The notes under the pieces: model-generated
What the model was told of the DNA's origin: nothing
Databases searched by the model: none
What the model saw: only the letters and a program-made list of their open reading frames with translations
Translations under genes and position numbers: made by a program
In this document: positions 50,531-59,548 of the stretch, one piece after another
Numbering within the stretch: position 1 is the first letter of the stretch
Layout of the letters: each line of letters begins with the position of its first letter
NCBI GenBank assembly: GCA_965234725.1
Contig: CBDDUX010000003.1
Location: forward strand, 1-64,000
Origin: Thermoplasmatota archaeon
GTDB lineage: Archaea; Thermoplasmatota; Penumbrarchaeia; Penumbrarchaeales; Penumbrarchaeaceae
Direction: 5' to 3'
Length of the DNA: 64,000 nt

Positions 50531-51829
50531 TCATGCACCACCTTCGATAGATTTTTCAGTGTCACGTGTTTGCGGGTCCCCGGGAACTGAACTAGTAAAA
50601 AGATTCTCTTCACTGTGCATGATTATCTTCTTCCTGTGTTTTCTGAAAAGTGATTCAAGGAATCTCCTTCCCGCTTTGTTCAGATCACCCTCAAGAGGGA
50701 AAGGTATGGCCCTGACAATGATCTTGCCAATGTTTGTATCTATTTGATCTTTAAGTGATCTTGGATATGCCAGAATGACCTCTTGACATCCTTTCTTTAC
50801 AGCAAGGGTAACTCCTCTATAGATGTCCCGCTGGATATCCTCCTTTTCATGGTTGTAGATCGTGCAAATGAGGTATTTTGGAACAGATGTATTGGCATCG
50901 TATATGACGATGTCCATTTCATCTTTGATCCCCATGTGAGGTTCGATATCGGTGGACTCCTTCACCCTTAGGGCCAGGTCACGGGAGAGATTTGATCTGA
51001 TCCATTCAGCAACGAAAGATCTGAAAAGGACTTTCATCGATATGGTGATCGGAATGTATGATCTCTGATCAGAATCATTTTCATTGTTGACCTGGTCAAG
51101 GAAGAACTGACAAAGTCTATGTATATACCTGTAATCCTCATTGAGTCTGTTGTATGTTATGGAAAGACAATCTATCGATGTGTGTTTCTTGACGGTAACT
51201 GTGTTCCTCATTACGTGATAGGCCTTCCTGACCTCGGTCCTGGTCGATTCATCCTTGATACCGAACTTGGATACCTTGAGAAGGGTCCAGGCAATTATCG
51301 TATTCTCATCAATGTCCGGAGTATGTTCCTGGTATTCACAGACAAAATTCGTGTCCCCTTTCATGTAATTGCGCATAGTGGCAACCTGGTCCAGTCTTCC
51401 TCTCAGAAAGTTCATGTCCTCTATCTTTGTGATATAATCCTGATAGAGGCCTTTCCTTATCCTGTCATGGACCCTCTTAGCAAGGTCCATGGCAAGCTGA
51501 TCGAAAAGATCTGTTAGGGAATCCATGCAGAAGATCCCTTCCAGATATTGAGTGGCCTTGATCTTGTATGTATATTCCAACATCTGGAATATATTGACCA
51601 ATGGTGCATTTGGAACCAGTTGGAGAGTTATCCTGCCTGGAAGGGATAGCTGACCTATCCCGTCCTTCACCCTAAGAACGTAATTGCGTCCATTCAGGAT
51701 CGAGGGAAATTCCACATCGATCTTATCCGAGAAGTAGCGGTTGAGCAGCACTGCAGTAGATTCATCCAACTGGTCCTCGGGGATGCTTTCCTCACTCATC
51801 TCTGGAATGGATACCAGTTTCATCTCCAT
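50531..51829 (-). CDS. mcrC: McrC-like protein with degenerate nuclease motif
   Basis: IFQMLEY, RKGLYQDY, LRGRLD, DIDEN, YNRLNEDY; start overlaps upstream TGA. Confidence 0.85.
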   Translation of the reverse strand: MEMKLVSIPEMSEESIPEDQLDESTAVLLNRYFSDKIDVEFPSILNGRNYVLRVKDGIGQLSLPGRITLQLVPNAPLVNIFQMLEYTYKIKATQYLEGIFCMDSLTDLFDQLAMDLAKRVHDRIRKGLYQDYITKIEDMNFLRGRLDQVATMRNYMKGDTNFVCEYQEHTPDIDENTIIAWTLLKVSKFGIKDESTRTEVRKAYHVMRNTVTVKKHTSIDCLSITYNRLNEDYRYIHRLCQFFLDQVNNENDSDQRSYIPITISMKVLFRSFVAEWIRSNLSRDLALRVKESTDIEPHMGIKDEMDIVIYDANTSVPKYLICTIYNHEKEDIQRDIYRGVTLAVKKGCQEVILAYPRSLKDQIDTNIGKIIVRAIPFPLEGDLNKAGRRFLESLFRKHRKKIIMHSEENLFTSSVPGDPQTRDTEKSIEGGA

Positions 51830-53307
51830 CAGGTCCACTCCTTTAGATGCCCTTCCTTCAAAGCTTCAAAATTATACATCCTTGATTTTTCAGGTGTATC
51901 ATAGAAATATTCCTCAAGATATGGTTCTATCTCTCCTTTCCAAATATCTGGTAGATCGGCCTTAAGCCTCCTTCCATCATGCATGAAGTAGGAGATACCT
52001 AGGAAATAGTTGGGATCGTTAATCTCCCCATTGATGTCCTTTAATACCTCTATAAGTGACCTGTAGGGAAGGTCGTAACTATCAAGGTAATCCTTTAGAA
52101 CGTCGTAGTCAGGATAGAGATTGAGGAAAGTGAATCTTCTTCTCAAAGCATAGTCCACAATTGCTATGGAACGGTCTGCCGTATTCATCGTCCCGATAAG
52201 GTATACGTTCTCAGGGATCCTGAACCTCTCCCCTGATGCCTCCAGTGTGATGTCCTTATCCCTGTATTCAAGGAGATGCATCAATTCACCAAAGACCCGG
52301 GAGATATTCGCCCTGTTGATCTCATCGATAAGCATGACATAAGGTTCCTCAGGGTCTTTGCTGGCCTCGTGGCAGAATGCCTTGAATGTACCATCCTGCA
52401 GCTCGTATGAAAGCATCTTGTTCCTGAGTACTGGTCTGAAACCCTGTACGAAGTCCTCATAGGTGTAAGATGGATGGAACTGGACAAGGCCGGTTTGGCC
52501 GTTGGTCCCTTCAATGAAATTCCATGCCAGCCTTTCAGCGATATAGGTCTTACCTGTTCCAGGTGGCCCCTGGAATATGATGTTCTTCTTCCTAGAGAGT
52601 TCGGATTTAAGCTGTTCTATCTTCTCAATTGAAAGTCCTGTGTCTTTGGAGAAATCTTCATTTGAATATACCCATAATTTCTTCCTCTTTCTCTTAGGGA
52701 AGGACCTTTTCTCGATAATACCAGCGAGGATAGCTAACGAGTTGACAAGGTCCATCACCATCTCTTTCTCTGAGGTATTGTCAAGATCGAGCACTTTCCT
52801 CAGCAATGTTCGTTTGGATCTGATCCCATCCTCACTTTCAATATTGGTAACCCTTGCAATAAAACCGCTTCTGAGGAGATCCTTGAATATGTCCTTTATG
52901 TCCACCAATCCTTTCTTGGGGCCCTTTTTAGTTGTTGTATAATCAAGATATGGGTCATCGGATCCGAAAGCATTGATCAGGTTGATCTCGACACATGATG
53001 GATCATTGGACACTGTAATGGTTAGGAATGGTATTCCATCCATCCCAATATCATCTTTTTTAAGGTGAGCCAAAATGATCTCCCTACCATTACTTCCGAT
53101 CTTTGGTATCAGGATACTTATTGCACCATTCCGTGTGACTGGAAGGTCATTGATCTGAGTCAACAGGTTGTCCATTTCTTTGGATGTTTTCTTTCCCATC
53201 GACCTCTTATCAAGAATTCTCTTCAATGTTGGGATAAGTGATGTTCTCCCATCCTCGATCATTAACGGATCATCGTCCATATCCATGGAAATCCCCATCT
53301 CCTTCAA
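51829..53307 (-). CDS. mcrB: McrB-family AAA+ GTPase #1
   Basis: GPPGTGKT, QFHPSYTYEDF, IDEINRAN, MNTADRS, ALRRRF. Confidence 0.9.
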   Translation of the reverse strand: MKEMGISMDMDDDPLMIEDGRTSLIPTLKRILDKRSMGKKTSKEMDNLLTQINDLPVTRNGAISILIPKIGSNGREIILAHLKKDDIGMDGIPFLTITVSNDPSCVEINLINAFGSDDPYLDYTTTKKGPKKGLVDIKDIFKDLLRSGFIARVTNIESEDGIRSKRTLLRKVLDLDNTSEKEMVMDLVNSLAILAGIIEKRSFPKRKRKKLWVYSNEDFSKDTGLSIEKIEQLKSELSRKKNIIFQGPPGTGKTYIAERLAWNFIEGTNGQTGLVQFHPSYTYEDFVQGFRPVLRNKMLSYELQDGTFKAFCHEASKDPEEPYVMLIDEINRANISRVFGELMHLLEYRDKDITLEASGERFRIPENVYLIGTMNTADRSIAIVDYALRRRFTFLNLYPDYDVLKDYLDSYDLPYRSLIEVLKDINGEINDPNYFLGISYFMHDGRRLKADLPDIWKGEIEPYLEEYFYDTPEKSRMYNFEALKEGHLKEWT

Positions 53308-53604
53308 CTATATATACGGAGGTCTTACTCCCTCTGCCCATTATAAAAGTTATGGTTCCAGATTCCAATATGATCTGATTTAATCTGAAGAAATTCATAG
53401 AAAAGTAAATGATTCTCTATTAGAGGTGATCAATTACCGATATTGACATTTCAACGAATATTATTAAAAACTAGGAAAATGATATGATGAACTGGGGCAG
53501 GAGGTGTCCCTTAACAGGGGCATTAAGTTTTTACTCATCTATTCTCCTCTCTTCCCAAGATGACCTCCTGCTCCTCTCCGTTTTTCTTAGATGGTTATTG
53601 AGCT

Positions 53605-53821
53605 CTATCGAAGGATCATTTTTTCTACATTACCTCTATATTCGAGGATAATAGGATCAAGATAATGGAACCTGATAATGTCTTCTTTTTATAGGACCGA
53701 ACTGATCAATCATAACCTCATTACCTTCAACAATTCTACCCTTGGGATAGGAAATAGCTATTGCTTCTGTAGCTATTTGGAACGCTGATATTAGTCTTAT
53801 CACCTATCTTTCAGCTTTCTT
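53605..53821 (-). pseudogene. Decayed extra PAS domain downstream of the PAS gene stop
   Basis: In-frame continuation ITD*KKAER*VIRLISAFQIATEAIAISYPKGRIVEGNEVMIDQFG, then frameshift to KEDIIRFHYLDPIILEYR. Confidence 0.7.
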
Positions 53822-55915
53822 TCAATCTGTGATATTCCTCATCACACCAATTAACCCAATAGGTTCTCCTTCTTCGTTCCTCAATAAATTAACATTGATC
53901 TCGGTCCAGATAAAATCTCCGTCCTTGTGCTCAAGTTCTAGTTCAAGACCATATGAATCCATTTCCGCCGATTTCCATTTATCCAAGGGTCCCCATTCTT
54001 TTGAGAATCTTCTTATTATTTCATCAAGAGCTGAGGGTTTCACAAGGTCAAAAAGTGATGTTCCAAGGAGTTCGTCCGCTGTGTAACCCAGGTGATCCTT
54101 GGCAGATGAGCTTATATATGTATATTTCAGGTTGAGGTCAGTCATCCAGATCATATCGGTCAGATTCGAATCCAGAAGTTTGTAGCGCTGCTTCACATCT
54201 ATCAATTTCTCGATCATCTCATTCTTTTCTTGTGTGTCCCTACCGAACTGGACAATATATTCTATATTATCTTTTCCTGTTTTAAAAGGAGAGAAGGACC
54301 ACTCCTGCCAGAACTTTCCATTGGGGAGGAGGATCTTATGCTCGACCCTGAATGGTGTTCCATCCTGGAATATCCTCTTCAGGTCATTTTGAAGGATTTC
54401 CATAGATCCATCTGGAATGAAATCAAGGATGGACCTTCCTATTAAGTTCATACCTTTCATCCCGTATTTCACATCAAGTTCTTTAGTACCCCAAAAATCC
54501 TCGAATACAAAGCTTCGATTGATAAGTCCGATAAATGAACCATGTAGGGAGGAAAGGATGTTCTTCAACTTTGCTTCCTTGTTCTGGAGCTCTTTTTGAG
54601 CTTTTACAATATCTGTGATGTCCCTCAACCTTGCTTGAAGAAGTGACTCTTCCCCAATCTTGATGGATTGAAGTTGTACCTCTGCAAGAAAGGTATCTCT
54701 ATCTTTCCTTTGATGTATCCACTTGAAGGTTATCAACCCTTTCTCAAGGACCTCACTTATCTTCTTCCCTATCTCTGATTCTGTAGGAGCTCCATTCAAC
54801 TGCAATGGAGGTGAGAGGTTTTGGGGTTCCAGACCGATCATATCTTCCTTTCTGGAATACCCGAACATTTTAAGGGTTGAATCGTTGCAATCAATGACCC
54901 CTGTGCCCTTGAGGATCAAGATGGCATCCGATGTGAATTCGTAAAGAAGACGATACCTCTCCTCGCTCTCTGACATCCTCCTCTCGTTTTCCTTCATCTG
55001 GGTAATATCTCTGAATACTCCGAAGGAACCGATGAAATTCCTCGAACTATCAAATCTTGGAGTAGCAGTGAGGAGAATGGTCTTCCGTTTGCCGTCTTCA
55101 GCAAGGATCTCGATCTGATAAGTATCCTTCTTCCCCTTTTTTCTTCTCTCGTTGTGGTTCAGGACCCTCTTTGAATGATCCCCTACCAGGAAATCCATGA
55201 CAGACCTTCCGACAAGTCGCCCCGGACCAACTCCCATGAGTTTCTCCGCTGCGGGATTTGCAAAGATGAAAACATCCTGCGAATCCGTTATACCAACACC
55301 TTCTCCCTGGTTCTCAATTAGTTCCCTGTACCTATCCGTACTATCCTTCAATCTCATTTCAACCAATTTCTGATCTGTGATATTCTCCATTATCAGGGTA
55401 ACTCCATTGCCGCCATCTCCAAGTGTGGAGGGTATGAGCTTGCCCTTGAAATAGCGGACATCCTCTTCCATAATGATCTCCATATCGAAATTGGAACTCT
55501 TTCCATTAATGGCATTCCTGATCTTTTTTTGGCTTTCTCTAGATGTGAAGATCGGAAGGTTAGATTGAAGGAGTGGAACATCCAGGAGCATCTCCTTTTT
55601 TACATGGAAGAACTTCTGGAAATTCTCGTTCACTTCTACTATCCTCATGGAACCGTCAAGTACAAGGATATAATCCGCAGAGAAATCTAAAAGAGCTGAT
55701 ATTGGAACCCTTTGAGATATATAGAACACCTTTGCCCTTCCAAGGGGCCTCATATCGATAAGACCGTTAACCCTTAGTATATCGAGATATTTTGCTGTGG
55801 AGTTCCTGTTCAACCTTATATCTCTTGATACCTCTGTTACTGTCGACCCCTTTAAGTTTGCCCTCAAGAACGATAGGATCCTACTCTTGATCATATCCGC
55901 CTCCGATGTATTCAT
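53822..55915 (-). CDS. wHTH + multi-PAS/PAC sensor protein
   Basis: N-terminal TVTEVSR..LNRNSTAKYL.IL wHTH; repeated PAS ends ENITD/RDITQ/RDITD/RDTQE/RNITD; no kinase domain. Confidence 0.88.
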   Translation of the reverse strand: MNTSEADMIKSRILSFLRANLKGSTVTEVSRDIRLNRNSTAKYLDILRVNGLIDMRPLGRAKVFYISQRVPISALLDFSADYILVLDGSMRIVEVNENFQKFFHVKKEMLLDVPLLQSNLPIFTSRESQKKIRNAINGKSSNFDMEIIMEEDVRYFKGKLIPSTLGDGGNGVTLIMENITDQKLVEMRLKDSTDRYRELIENQGEGVGITDSQDVFIFANPAAEKLMGVGPGRLVGRSVMDFLVGDHSKRVLNHNERRKKGKKDTYQIEILAEDGKRKTILLTATPRFDSSRNFIGSFGVFRDITQMKENERRMSESEERYRLLYEFTSDAILILKGTGVIDCNDSTLKMFGYSRKEDMIGLEPQNLSPPLQLNGAPTESEIGKKISEVLEKGLITFKWIHQRKDRDTFLAEVQLQSIKIGEESLLQARLRDITDIVKAQKELQNKEAKLKNILSSLHGSFIGLINRSFVFEDFWGTKELDVKYGMKGMNLIGRSILDFIPDGSMEILQNDLKRIFQDGTPFRVEHKILLPNGKFWQEWSFSPFKTGKDNIEYIVQFGRDTQEKNEMIEKLIDVKQRYKLLDSNLTDMIWMTDLNLKYTYISSSAKDHLGYTADELLGTSLFDLVKPSALDEIIRRFSKEWGPLDKWKSAEMDSYGLELELEHKDGDFIWTEINVNLLRNEEGEPIGLIGVMRNITD

Positions 55916-56148
55916 GACAGCACTTCCATGCAATGCACTAATGCAAAGCAAATATATAAATATTATAAATAATCACGAATATGTCAGTATTGTTGTTTTT
56001 ATATACTATATACGTGGTATATGCGTGAGGAGTGGGGCTAGGGAGGGGGATTGGATGTAATGAGATCTATGTATCTTTTTATATCCTTCTACCTTATGAT
56101 ACCTCCAGGTTTTATATCATTATTGGGCTTATGGTCCTGTGATCGATA

Positions 56149-57159
56149 ATGAAAGCGGTAATTCTGGCAGGTGGTTCGGGAGAGAGATTCTGGCCTTTAT
56201 CAACACCTGAAACACCAAAACAATTCCTTAAACTCCTTGATGACCGATCACTCATAAGGACCACTTATGATAGACTCTTAAGTAGGTTCGATCCTGATGA
56301 TATTATGGTGATCACCTCGGTTGAACACCTTGAGATGACGAAAAAGGAACTACCTGAGGTCCGATCTCAAAATATTATCGGTGAACCCAGAAGGATGAAT
56401 ACCGCACCAGCATGCGCCCTTGCGTCCCTCCTATGCAAGGAGGATGAGTTTGTCCTAACAGTACCTGCGGACCATTTGATCAGAAATGAGGATGCTTTCT
56501 GGACCTCTTTTGATCTAGCTATAAATGCCCTCCAAAAGCTTGGAGGTCTCTTCACTTTCGGAATAGAACCCAAACGAGCAGAAACAGGTTATGGCTATAT
56601 CGAGATCGGTAAGCAATTGATGGAGGGAGTATTTGATGTTGTCAGGTTTACAGAAAAACCGGACCAGGTAACAGCAGAAGGATTCCTTTCGAAAGGAGGA
56701 TATCTTTGGAACTCTGGTATGTTCCTCTGGAAAGCAGGAGAGTTCATCAGGGAAATGAGGGAATTTTCACCAGGGGTCATGGATCATCTGGATGGTATCG
56801 ACATCACAGACAGCACCTCCCTTCAGAAAGCTTATGGAAAAATGGATAGGATAAGCGTCGACAATGCGGTAATGGAAAGATCATCCAAGGTAAGGGTCGC
56901 CCCTACAGACCCAGGTTGGTCTGATGTAGGTTCCTGGGCATCGATCAGGGAGATCGTTGGAAATACCCGGGAAAGCCCAAATAGGTCCCTTCAGGCTTCA
57001 AATAATATACTCATCAAGGCTCCGATTTCAAGGAAGATAGCTGTTATTGGTCTGAATAACGTAATTGTTGTGGACACAGAGGAAGGTCTTCTCATTCTTA
57101 ATGCAGATCTTGCCCAGGATGTCAGAAAGTCCGCAAGATCTTTTTTAAAGGGATCCTGA
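56149..57159 (+). CDS. manC: Mannose-1-phosphate guanylyltransferase
   Basis: ILAGGSGERFWPLS..PKQF, PADH, TGYGYI, FTEKP, WNSGMF, WSDVGSW. Confidence 0.93.
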   Translation: MKAVILAGGSGERFWPLSTPETPKQFLKLLDDRSLIRTTYDRLLSRFDPDDIMVITSVEHLEMTKKELPEVRSQNIIGEPRRMNTAPACALASLLCKEDEFVLTVPADHLIRNEDAFWTSFDLAINALQKLGGLFTFGIEPKRAETGYGYIEIGKQLMEGVFDVVRFTEKPDQVTAEGFLSKGGYLWNSGMFLWKAGEFIREMREFSPGVMDHLDGIDITDSTSLQKAYGKMDRISVDNAVMERSSKVRVAPTDPGWSDVGSWASIREIVGNTRESPNRSLQASNNILIKAPISRKIAVIGLNNVIVVDTEEGLLILNADLAQDVRKSARSFLKGS

Positions 57160-57210
57160 TTGCCGAAAAGGAATTGAACCATTCCCATATATACCGTATT
57201 GGTGTATAGA

Positions 57211-58125
57211 ATGAAGGGAACAATCAAGGATCTGATCGAACTTGGTAGATTTCCCTTCCTTTTTGGTGGTCTTCTTCTCTACATCCTGGGTGTATTGGTA
57301 TCCGGTAGGATGGGTTATGATATCGACCCCATACGAGCCGTTTTTGGATATCTGGTATTCATGCCAGCCCACCTTTCGGTATCATATTCCAATGACCTTT
57401 TCGACGTATATGCGGATAGTTTCAATGACGGGACCTTATTTTCGGGGGGAAGTGGGGTTCTTAAAAGGAGACCGGAGTTGATGAGAGTCGCATTGTACAT
57501 ATCCATAATCTTGATCCTGATATCAGTATTCCTTTCTATCATATTCACTCTGATCTATTCACTCTCTCCGCTATTTGTTGGACTTGTGATACTTGGGTCT
57601 TTACTGGGTTGGTTCTACACTGCTCCTCCTTTGAAGTTGTCCTACAGAGGTCTGGGAGAGATATCAACTGCTGCTACTGTGGGTGTCCTTGTTCCAATGT
57701 ATGGGTTCATCGTATCAACAGGTACCCTTGATATCTCGTTACTCTATCTCCTCTTTCCAATGTCCCTTTCAGGGTTGGTATTCATAATAAATGTTCAGAC
57801 CCCTGACCTTGAAGCTGATATCAAAGGAGGAAAGAACACCTGGGTCATGCATCTCGGGAGAAAGGGTTCATTGACGATCCTTTTCTTTCTTGTTCTCTTC
57901 CAAACCCTCTATTATGGAGTAGCAGCCCTACTCTCACCTGATCTGAATGGTCTTTCAATAGTACCTTTCCTAATGTTCTCTCTGATCCCATTGACGTTGA
58001 CCCTCCCATGCATCATTTTGAGGTCCGCAAAAAGGAAAACTGTGTCGAAAATTGTAACTGCAAATATGCTGTCCCTTTTCATGTTTAACGGTGGTCTGGA
58101 TATATATTTCCTCATAACTTCCTAG
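57211..58125 (+). CDS. UbiA/MenA-family prenyltransferase
   Basis: NDLFDVYAD, GGSGVL, YTAPPLKLSYRGLGE, PDLEADIKGGK. Confidence 0.88.
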   Translation: MKGTIKDLIELGRFPFLFGGLLLYILGVLVSGRMGYDIDPIRAVFGYLVFMPAHLSVSYSNDLFDVYADSFNDGTLFSGGSGVLKRRPELMRVALYISIILILISVFLSIIFTLIYSLSPLFVGLVILGSLLGWFYTAPPLKLSYRGLGEISTAATVGVLVPMYGFIVSTGTLDISLLYLLFPMSLSGLVFIINVQTPDLEADIKGGKNTWVMHLGRKGSLTILFFLVLFQTLYYGVAALLSPDLNGLSIVPFLMFSLIPLTLTLPCIILRSAKRKTVSKIVTANMLSLFMFNGGLDIYFLITS

Positions 58126-58852
58126 AAACCCTGTTGCTCAAGGTCTCTATGATCCTCTTTGATTCCATAGTTTGAACATTGACCTGATCCAGACAGATCC
58201 TGTCACCATCAATGTTGATCATATTGAAGGATGGGAAGGATCTCCCCTTCAATCTTCTGGTGCATGCAGTTCCAGCTGTTACAAAATGGGTATCCTCAAG
58301 TTTCCAGGTCCATGGTAGATGCTTGTGACCTGAAAGGACCAGATCGAGCTTTATATCCACACAAAGAGCAAGAACATCCCCTGCATCTGTCAGAATATTC
58401 CATTCCCTACCTGTTCTGGGGACCGGGATAACATGATGATGTAATGCAAGTATGGTAACCTTGTCTACCAAGAGTTTTTCCCTGATTGTCAAGTAGTTAT
58501 GCCTTCCGATCGTTCCGTCATGTATGTCAGGTTCGCTGGAATCCATTCCAACAATGGCGACTTCTTCATTGGAAAACGATGGTTTTCTTGTTCCGAATAT
58601 CTCCTCAAAGATCTCATAACCCTGGTTCATGGCATCATGGTTACCAGGAACGACCATCTTCTTAGGTTCCAATCTATCTATGACCTTCATGGCCTCCTCG
58701 AATTCATGAGGGTGGCCATCCATGGTGATATCTCCGGTCACAATTACCAGGTCAACCCCTCCTTCGTTGATCGATCCTATCATTCTATCAGCCCACTCAG
58801 AAACGAAGTAATGGCTGGAAATGTGTAGATCGGAAATATGTGCTATCCTCAT
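58112..58852 (-). CDS. Calcineurin-like metallophosphoesterase
   Basis: SDLH, TGDIT, PGNHD, HHH, SGHKH. Confidence 0.92.
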   Translation of the reverse strand: MRIAHISDLHISSHYFVSEWADRMIGSINEGGVDLVIVTGDITMDGHPHEFEEAMKVIDRLEPKKMVVPGNHDAMNQGYEIFEEIFGTRKPSFSNEEVAIVGMDSSEPDIHDGTIGRHNYLTIREKLLVDKVTILALHHHVIPVPRTGREWNILTDAGDVLALCVDIKLDLVLSGHKHLPWTWKLEDTHFVTAGTACTRRLKGRSFPSFNMINIDGDRICLDQVNVQTMESKRIIETLSNRVSRKL

Positions 58853-58937
58853 GGGAACCTTTAATGACCAGCAAATAATTAACCTAGCCGGAGGTCCCAG
58901 GGTCAAAAGGGTTCAGCGGACCTCTTCGGGGAATGGG

Positions 58938-59495
58938 ATGCTCATCCTCTATATCATCATAATTTCGGTCTCTCTTGCAGTGGATGCTTTCGCGGCTTCT
59001 CTGTCTTGTGGATTGACAAGGACCAATTCCCGTTTCCTTCTCAGCATCAAGGTTTCAACCTTCTTCGGTCTGTTCCAATTCACCTTGTTCCTCATGGGAT
59101 GGATGGTTGGATCGACCTCCAAGGACCTTCTATCTTCACTTACCGTATGGTTAGCTTTTCTACTGCTATTGATAATCGGGGCCAGGATGATATTTGACTC
59201 GGTTAAAAGCTGGAATCAGAACAAGGAATGCCTTCCCTTATCGAATAGGGCCCTCCTGCTACTTTCACTTGCAACCTCTATCGATGCACTTGTGGTTGGT
59301 CTAACCTTTGGATTCCTGGGTATCTCGATAATTGTCCCTGCACTTATTGTAGGTTCGGTAACCTTCCTATTCTCATTGATAGGTGTCCTTATCGGACATG
59401 GATTGCGAGGTCACCTGGACAAATGGGCCGAGATCGGTGCTGGATTGGTTCTTATCGGTCTGGGGATCAGAATGCTTATCGGTGAACTTTTCTGA
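58938..59495 (+). CDS. mntP: Manganese efflux pump MntP family
   Basis: SLAVDAFAAS, FGLFQ, ATSIDALVVG, AEIGAGLVLIGLG. Confidence 0.88.
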   Translation: MLILYIIIISVSLAVDAFAASLSCGLTRTNSRFLLSIKVSTFFGLFQFTLFLMGWMVGSTSKDLLSSLTVWLAFLLLLIIGARMIFDSVKSWNQNKECLPLSNRALLLLSLATSIDALVVGLTFGFLGISIIVPALIVGSVTFLFSLIGVLIGHGLRGHLDKWAEIGAGLVLIGLGIRMLIGELF

Positions 59496-59548
59496 ATGTG
59501 TAATATTTTTTTTCTTTCCAAAAAAGTGGTAAGTCTTAAAGTCGGATC

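Noticed and set aside
53318-53337. GGGGAGTA/AAGACCT on the minus strand resembling yybP-ykoY motifs
   Set aside because: The motifs abut with no intervening aptamer, and the downstream gene is mcrB.
53752-53778. AAATAGCTA/TAGCTATTT hairpin as a terminator
   Set aside because: Explained by repeated Ile-Ala codons in the fossil PAS reading frame.
53605-53824. Sec/Pyl read-through of the PAS gene stops
   Set aside because: A TGA, a TAG and a frameshift in quick succession fit decay better.
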